Shown one piece after another: positions 58,269-64,000 of a stretch of 64,000 nt of DNA. The stretch is from Nannocystales bacterium (lineage in GTDB: Bacteria > Myxococcota_A > Polyangia > Nannocystales > Nannocystaceae): contig JBOEGF010000024.1 in assembly GCA_050633305.1 (NCBI GenBank), forward strand, positions 256,001 through 320,000, in the 5' to 3' direction. The notes under the pieces were generated by a model. It worked only from the letters and a program-made list of their open reading frames with translations, had not been told where the DNA came from and searched no databases. Each line of letters begins with the position of its first letter. The stretch's first letter is position 1. Both the position numbers and the translations under genes were made by a program.

Positions 58269-59987
58269 CTACAGCGAGCTTTTCAGCTCGGGAAAGCGCT
58301 GGATGATCTTGCCGACGAAGCGACCGTTGGGATAGGCGTCCAGATAGGCGCCGGCTCGTTCGAGAGCGACGCTGATACGTCCGTCCTCCGTGGCCGAGAG
58401 CCATAGGCGGTAGTACGCCTTCTCGACCTGGCGGCCATTGGGTGCCCGACGCAGGTAGGTCTTGAGGTCGACCTCTGCGGTCTTGTAGTCGAGCGCGTAG
58501 TCCATCCGCAGCATGCCTCGCAGCAAGTACGCCTCTGCGGCCAGCGGGTGGTCGTCGTACTCCTTGAGGAACTTTCCAATGCAGGTCGCGGCCAAATAGC
58601 GGGTGTCGTTGGTCGCGTACAAGTCTCGGCAGTTGGCCAAGGCTGCGAGCAGCTCCTTGCGGCGGGCCGTCGCGGCGCCCTTCATCAGGTCCGCAATGAT
58701 GTCGTCGCCGTCGTTCTCGACGCGGCGTGCAGCGGGCTTGATGGGCAAGGGCTCGGGCTGCGGTTGAGGGCTGCTGCTTCGGGTCGAAGCTCCGCCCGTG
58801 CCCATGACGCGAATGGAGGGACCTTCGATGACGCCGGTGCGGGAGCGCTCCGGAACGTAGGCCAAGGTGCGGCTCTTGAGGTCGGTGGGGAGTCCCGGGA
58901 CATGCCAGCTCGCGGGCACCCGGGCCTCCAGCGAGCCGCCGGCGGCAGCGTCCATCGAGATGGGAAGCGCCGACTGGACCTCGAAGCGGCCTACGGTGTC
59001 GTAATTGCCTTTGGCAACGTCGTAGCGATCGCCGGACTCGACCTCCGCGACCGTCTGATTGGTGGCGGGGTCGAGGATCTCGACCTGCCCCCGAAGCACG
59101 GACACGGCGCTGCCTTCATCCTCTTCAACCTGAACGGTGAAGACCGTCCCGACGACACGGACGACAGCGGTGGGCGTGCGGACTTGCAAGATGGGGTCGC
59201 TGGCGTCGCGGTCGTAGCGGACGGCAAGCATGCCCTGGTCGATCTGGAGCTCGACCAACGATGCGCTGCCCTTGACCCAAGTGACCTTGGAGCCAGGCGT
59301 CGCGTTGGCGACCATCTTGCCGAGCAGGCCGATCTGCAGAGACTCGTTGTCGTCGACTTCGAAGCGGGTGCCGACTTCAAAGGTGTTCGAACGCGACGCA
59401 TCGCCATCGGAGTCGACCATCACGGCTGAGCCGCCAACGACGCGACCGTAGGCTTGGGCGGCGTGGCGAATGCTCGAGCGCTCGCCCGAGTCTCCGGAGA
59501 ACGAGCCGCCGGTCCCGCCCATGTCTGCTCGTGCGACGCCTGAGGCCGAGGTGGCGGAGTCGTCGCTCGTGAATCCGAGCGAGGCCGGGGTGACGCCCGC
59601 AAGTGAGAGGGCCAAGGCCGCAGCACTGCACGCGAGGACGCCGACGCCCGCGCGGAGTGTGAACGTGTGGTACCAGGGCGCGGGTTTTTCGTCCCGCATG
59701 CGTCGGAGGATGGAGTGGAACTCCTTCTCTTCCGCGAGGCCTGGCGTCCGGCTTGCGGTCTGGCCCGGGGTCTGGCCCGGGGTCAAGGCGGGCGTCTGGG
59801 GAACGACGGGCCCTTCGTAGAGGGCGTACAGCAGCCGGTTCATCTGGCGGCAGTCCCGACAACCCCGAAGGTGGTTGTCGAAGAGTGCCCGGACCTCTGC
59901 CGTGGCACGGTTGCCCATCACGAGCTCTGCGTCTTCTCGTGCTTCTGGGCAGCCGTAGCGGGCTGGAGTGTGTGGTGGGTGAGCCAT
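58269..59987 (-). CDS. Anti-sigma factor: zinc-finger HxxxCxxC + TM + FecR + TPR
   Basis: HLRGCRDC; TM helix; VRTPTAVVRVVGTVF and VSVLRGQVEI FecR motifs; C-terminal TPRs (YLDAYPNGRF). Start uncertain (59987 or 60011). Confidence 0.82.
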   Translation of the reverse strand: MAHPPHTPARYGCPEAREDAELVMGNRATAEVRALFDNHLRGCRDCRQMNRLLYALYEGPVVPQTPALTPGQTPGQTASRTPGLAEEKEFHSILRRMRDEKPAPWYHTFTLRAGVGVLACSAAALALSLAGVTPASLGFTSDDSATSASGVARADMGGTGGSFSGDSGERSSIRHAAQAYGRVVGGSAVMVDSDGDASRSNTFEVGTRFEVDDNESLQIGLLGKMVANATPGSKVTWVKGSASLVELQIDQGMLAVRYDRDASDPILQVRTPTAVVRVVGTVFTVQVEEDEGSAVSVLRGQVEILDPATNQTVAEVESGDRYDVAKGNYDTVGRFEVQSALPISMDAAAGGSLEARVPASWHVPGLPTDLKSRTLAYVPERSRTGVIEGPSIRVMGTGGASTRSSSPQPQPEPLPIKPAARRVENDGDDIIADLMKGAATARRKELLAALANCRDLYATNDTRYLAATCIGKFLKEYDDHPLAAEAYLLRGMLRMDYALDYKTAEVDLKTYLRRAPNGRQVEKAYYRLWLSATEDGRISVALERAGAYLDAYPNGRFVGKIIQRFPELKSSL

Positions 59988-60022
59988 CTTGGTCCTAGAG
60001 GTCCGTGCCAAAGAGGTGTGGC

Positions 60023-60703
60023 TTAGGAAGCAACGAGCTCCCGGAGTTTCTTACGAGCCCGTGTCAGGCGGTCGCCGACCGTCGAGACAGGCTTCTTAAG
60101 AATGTTCCCGATCTCTTGGAGCGTGAGGCCTTCGTAGTGATAGAGCACGAAGACTTCTCGCAGGTCGGGGTTGAGTCGTTGCAGGATGCGGTGGGCTTCG
60201 TCGCGGGCTTCGACGCGACTTGTGCTGACCCGGCCGGCTTCTCGACCGGCGTTGAACCAGGACAGGGCAGTCTTCACGCGGTCCCGTCGGAACCGCTGGC
60301 GCAACAGGTTGTGGGTCGTGTTGGCCGTGATGCGATAGAGCCACGTGGAGAGGGCGGAGTTGCCCTGAAACTTCTCGAGCGCGTTGAAGGCTCGAGCAAA
60401 GACGATCTGCGTGAGATCGTCGATCTCGCAGTCGCGCCCAAGGAGCCGGTACAGGTGGGCTCGGACCTGGGCGTTGTGGGAGTTGTAGATCTCGCGAAGG
60501 GCTCGGTGCTCGCCCGCCTTGGCCCGGACGACGAGCTGTTGTTCTGCCGCCGAGAGGGTCGAGACTCCGGAAAGACTGTCGCTGCTCTCGTCTGATCGCG
60601 CCTGTGCACCGCGGGTCGACACACCCGCTGTGTCCATCTCCAGGGGGAGAGCGATGTTGTTCGCGTGCTGAGCCATTCCGGACTTGGAAGAACCTTCCTG
60701 CAT
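60023..60703 (-). CDS. ECF RNA polymerase sigma factor
   Basis: DDLTQIVF, STWLYRITAN, REVFVL, EGLTLQEI and STVGDRLTRAR motifs. Start uncertain. Confidence 0.9.
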   Translation of the reverse strand: MQEGSSKSGMAQHANNIALPLEMDTAGVSTRGAQARSDESSDSLSGVSTLSAAEQQLVVRAKAGEHRALREIYNSHNAQVRAHLYRLLGRDCEIDDLTQIVFARAFNALEKFQGNSALSTWLYRITANTTHNLLRQRFRRDRVKTALSWFNAGREAGRVSTSRVEARDEAHRILQRLNPDLREVFVLYHYEGLTLQEIGNILKKPVSTVGDRLTRARKKLRELVAS

Positions 60704-60874
60704 GTAGGACACCCCTTCGCTCCGGTTTTCCGGCGCTTTTTTCAATGTACAGCGCACTGGCACTTTTAGAAACCACCATGAGCGCGCACACGCGCGCATC
60801 GCGAAGTAATTGTCGTGGGGTCGACGCAGTTGTCGCTTGCACCGCTCACTCCGCATTCGGCATCGTGACGGGAG

Positions 60875-61783
60875 ATGCTCGGACTACGGATCGGCATGGG
60901 TGTGGCGGCGGCGGCCGTGCTGGGAGCCGGGGTCTTCCTTTCGAGCAAGCTCGAGCGCGACTCTCGAACGCGGGTCGCCGACTACGCCGCCGCGGCTCCG
61001 GCCGAGGCGACAACCGAGCGCGGAGGCGGGGAGCGGGCCGGGGAGAAAGGCGTGCCCGCCGATGATCGCGCATTCGACGAACAGGCCTTCGACAGGGGGG
61101 TACTGGCCGATGCGGCGGCATTTGGCGTCCCGGTGGAAGGGATTGTCGAGGCGATCCATGGTCCTCAGCTCTACTCGGTCGAGCTCGAGCAAGCGACGGT
61201 GCTCGCCCCCAACCGCAGCTGGTCCTCTCCGCATCTGAAGATCACGGCGGTGCTGGACAAGGTCGCCTACCAGAAGCTGGGGGCGACCGTTTCCGCGCGG
61301 CACTCCATCGCGCTGGTCGAGAACATCTCGGAGATCCCGGTTGCGTACAGAATCCGGGTCACGTCTGAAGCCCGGGGCCGGTGCGAGGTCCACGGGGCCC
61401 GCCAGCACAACGCGATGGCGCTCATGCCCGGAGAGAAGGCGGAGATTGTCGTGTGCGCCGGGGGCGGGAAGATCCGCGTCCAGCGGGTCGAGATTCTGGA
61501 GATCTCAACGCTCGGCCATCGCTACCTCAGCCGGGTCCCGCCGAGGGCCGCCGGGGTCGACAGCCTCTCCTCCCACGCACATGCGCCCGTCGCGGGCACC
61601 CAAGCCTGCGAAACCGTGGACATCGGCGGCCTGAGTCTGTCCCTTCGCGAGGGGACCGTCGGTTGGGCTGACATCACCGACTTCTACAGTCGACACAGCT
61701 GCGACCGGTTTCGCTATTTCCCCGAATACCGGCACCAGGGGGGTGCTCCCGCAAGACTCCCCGCCAAACCCGCCGCTGGATGA
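60875..61783 (+). CDS. Hypothetical membrane-anchored protein
   Basis: N-terminal TM helix; coding-like composition; four Cys. Confidence 0.65.
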   Translation: MLGLRIGMGVAAAAVLGAGVFLSSKLERDSRTRVADYAAAAPAEATTERGGGERAGEKGVPADDRAFDEQAFDRGVLADAAAFGVPVEGIVEAIHGPQLYSVELEQATVLAPNRSWSSPHLKITAVLDKVAYQKLGATVSARHSIALVENISEIPVAYRIRVTSEARGRCEVHGARQHNAMALMPGEKAEIVVCAGGGKIRVQRVEILEISTLGHRYLSRVPPRAAGVDSLSSHAHAPVAGTQACETVDIGGLSLSLREGTVGWADITDFYSRHSCDRFRYFPEYRHQGGAPARLPAKPAAG

Positions 61784-61964
61784 CGGCCGCGTGCGGTGCG
61801 CATTCGGGCTGCACGGATGCGCGTGATGGCCGACAAACACGTTCGAACGCTTACAGACGTCGTCTGATGAGGATTTCCCTTGAGATCTCAGTGGCTTTCC
61901 CACTACGATCGCACCCGGTCGCGATGACGGCCACCATTGGGCGCGAAACGCGAAGTTGGCGACA

Positions 61965-62363
61965 GTGACGAAATCCGAGCTCATCGAAGTCTTGGCGCAA
62001 GAGACCGGCCTCACCAAGGGCCGCGCAGAGCTGGTGGTGAACACGGTGTTCGACTCGATGGTCGAAGCACTGCAGCGAAGCGAGGGGATCGAGATCCGCG
62101 GGTTCGGGAGCTTCACCGTGCGCCAGTACAAGGCCTACGAAGGACGCAATCCGAGGACCGGAGATACGGTCCACGTCGCCCCCAAGCGGCTGCCTTTCTT
62201 CAAGGTCGGCAAGGACTTGCGCGAACGTGTCAACGGAACTCGCTCGGGCGGGGGCGCACCCATCGCGCGCCGTCGGGCCGAGGCGAAGGCGCAGGCGGCT
62301 GCCGCTGCCGCGACCAAACAGGCGGCGCGTCAGGACCCGAGCGTCGCTGAAGACGCGATCTGA
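61965..62363 (+). CDS. HU/IHF-beta family DNA-binding protein with Ala/Arg-rich tail
   Basis: TKSELI, IEIRGFGSF, GRNPRTG and PFFKVGKDLRERV motifs. Confidence 0.93.
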   Translation: MTKSELIEVLAQETGLTKGRAELVVNTVFDSMVEALQRSEGIEIRGFGSFTVRQYKAYEGRNPRTGDTVHVAPKRLPFFKVGKDLRERVNGTRSGGGAPIARRRAEAKAQAAAAAATKQAARQDPSVAEDAI

Positions 62364-64000
62364 AGTCGTCCGGTCGACGTGTCGATTCGGGCGAGTGTCC
62401 CGTCGGGGATCTGGGTGCATCCGGCACAGCCGATGAGCCCGCTGAGCCCGAGCTCCCGAAGCATCAGGGCCGCGTGGCTGAGCGCGCCGCCGTGTTCGCA
62501 GCAGACGGCCCGAAGCTGAAGCGTCTCCAAGGCGAGTGCGGCTTGGGCCGTGAGTGCCGGGAGGACGACGATGCTCTCGGGCCGGGGCGGGTCGCGGAGC
62601 AAGGCCTCCAGCCCGCCTCGCTGGGCGATCGGTCCTTCGAAATCGCCTCCAATGCCGACGCCGTGAAGCAGCCGGTGCGGCAACAACGGCAGCGGTCGGC
62701 CCTCGTCGAGCACGGCGGGCGGCCGGAGCTTGGACCAGCGCTGCGTTTGCTCGAGGTGTTGACGGCCCGTCGCAGCGGCGGGGAATGCCGAGTCCTGCAG
62801 GGCGCGGCGCAGCTCGGAGAGCGTCAATCCGAACGCGAGACCGCCGAGTTCGAGGTGTCGGTCACACGCCCGGTACACGGCTCTCACTGGGGCGAGTCCG
62901 AGGGCGAAGAGATGGTCGTCCCATTCCGTCAGCAAGACCGCAGCGGCGACGGGGTCCACGGGGAGTTCACCCGGCTCGGCGGAGGGTTCGAACGAACCGA
63001 GTTCGCCAAGGGTTGGTGCCGCGAGGTCCCACGCGGTGGGCAGGACGTCCGCATGGGCCGCGCGGCCACGGAGACTCAGCGGTGCCTCTGGAGTGGCGGC
63101 GAACACTTTGCCCGCTGCAGCTCGAACGGGGAGCAGAACGCCGAGGTAGACATCGATCATCGACAGGAATGCGGCGAGAGACGCATCGAGGGTCGGGACC
63201 AGTTGGCCATGGTCGTCGCAGGCGCGCTCAACCTCGGCAAGGCGGGCCCGAGCGGCGGGCAACTCATCGTCGCGAAGCCGCAAGAGCGCCTCGGCCGGGG
63301 TGAGCGCGGGGGTTTTGCTTGTGCCGCGGAGGTCTCGGACCCGGGTTCGCGCATACAGCCAACCCGCGAGGGTCGTGAGGCCGCCGGAGGCGGGACGTTG
63401 CTCGGCGAGCCAGCCGATCAGGGAGGCGTGCGCCGGGGAGAGGGGGGCGGGGTTGTGCTCGGCATCGAGGACTTGAACGCCGCCCAGCCGCGACTGCTGC
63501 CCAGCCTCGTGGACCGCGTGCACGAAGGCACGACCGTCGGCGACGAGGTCTTGGGTCAGCGGACGGACCTGCACCAAGTACGCGACGCCGCCGGGGTCGA
63601 CGATCAGCTCCGCATCGAGCCCGTGCTCGGGCATTGGTAGGGCGGCGCGGAGCTGGCCGAGCAGACTTGCCACGGCGGTTGCGCGAGGATCGTCCCAGCG
63701 GCTGAGCAGGCCTGAGGCGAGTGGGCTGTCGCCTCGCGCCAACGCTTCAGCGCTCTGCCCGTGGACCTCGACGTAGTCGACGCCGTCGGGGAGCAGTGCC
63801 GCGACGACAAGCGCATCTCGAACCACCTGCCGCTGCACGATCACGCAATCGTGCTCGCAGGTTTGTGCGCCGCGGTAGCGAACCAACCAGGGGTCGCGCC
63901 GAGCGGCATCGACCCGGGCCAGGGCGTCGCGGACGGCTCCGAGACTGTCACACCCCGGAATGGAGAGTCCGAGTCCTGCGGCGGCGCGCTGGGGTCCATC
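62330..64000 (-). CDS. PEP-utilizing enzyme (PPDK_N-like plus swivelling His domain); 5' end outside the window
   Basis: Frame open to the window edge (DGPQRAAAGLGLS); IVQRQV and LVQVRPLT; GGALSHAALMLRELG phospho-His motif. Confidence 0.8.
   Translation of the reverse strand, partial: DGPQRAAAGLGLSIPGCDSLGAVRDALARVDAARRDPWLVRYRGAQTCEHDCVIVQRQVVRDALVVAALLPDGVDYVEVHGQSAEALARGDSPLASGLLSRWDDPRATAVASLLGQLRAALPMPEHGLDAELIVDPGGVAYLVQVRPLTQDLVADGRAFVHAVHEAGQQSRLGGVQVLDAEHNPAPLSPAHASLIGWLAEQRPASGGLTTLAGWLYARTRVRDLRGTSKTPALTPAEALLRLRDDELPAARARLAEVERACDDHGQLVPTLDASLAAFLSMIDVYLGVLLPVRAAAGKVFAATPEAPLSLRGRAAHADVLPTAWDLAAPTLGELGSFEPSAEPGELPVDPVAAAVLLTEWDDHLFALGLAPVRAVYRACDRHLELGGLAFGLTLSELRRALQDSAFPAAATGRQHLEQTQRWSKLRPPAVLDEGRPLPLLPHRLLHGVGIGGDFEGPIAQRGGLEALLRDPPRPESIVVLPALTAQAALALETLQLRAVCCEHGGALSHAALMLRELGLSGLIGCAGCTQIPDGTLARIDTSTGRLQIASSATLGS

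Overview
High-GC chromosomal window, most consistent with a myxobacterium (Myxococcota, Nannocystaceae-like). This is inferred from the many Thr/Asp-linker Cys-rich lipoproteins, the FHA proteins, an ECF/FecR-TPR pair, and the alpha-2-macroglobulin-pbpC pair. It holds about 48 genes, mostly housekeeping, envelope and metabolic: rnhA, radC, glpD, a fused 2-oxoacid E1, RNase Z-like, a UvrD/Rep helicase, glycerate kinase and dehydrogenase, crcB, an acyl-CoA ligase, MlaEFD-like, comM/yifB, recA and HU/IHF. I saw no rRNA, tRNA, CRISPR array, transposase or prophage. Main points of interest: (1) an orphan Rieske + molybdopterin (AioBA/IdrAB-like) operon with altered active-site motifs and Tat signals on both subunits; (2) an unexplained multi-branched structured element in the ~750-nt gap between that operon and a WYL regulator; (3) a run of back-to-back hairpins trapped between two convergent terminators; (4) a sigma54-like box exactly 28 nt upstream of both radC and recA; (5) an ERp18/AGR2-like thioredoxin lipoprotein heading a SpoIVB-peptidase/beta-propeller operon; (6) a degenerate MlaF ATPase; (7) two paralogous FHA-Pro-rich membrane proteins. 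All family calls come from motif recognition by eye; no searches were run.
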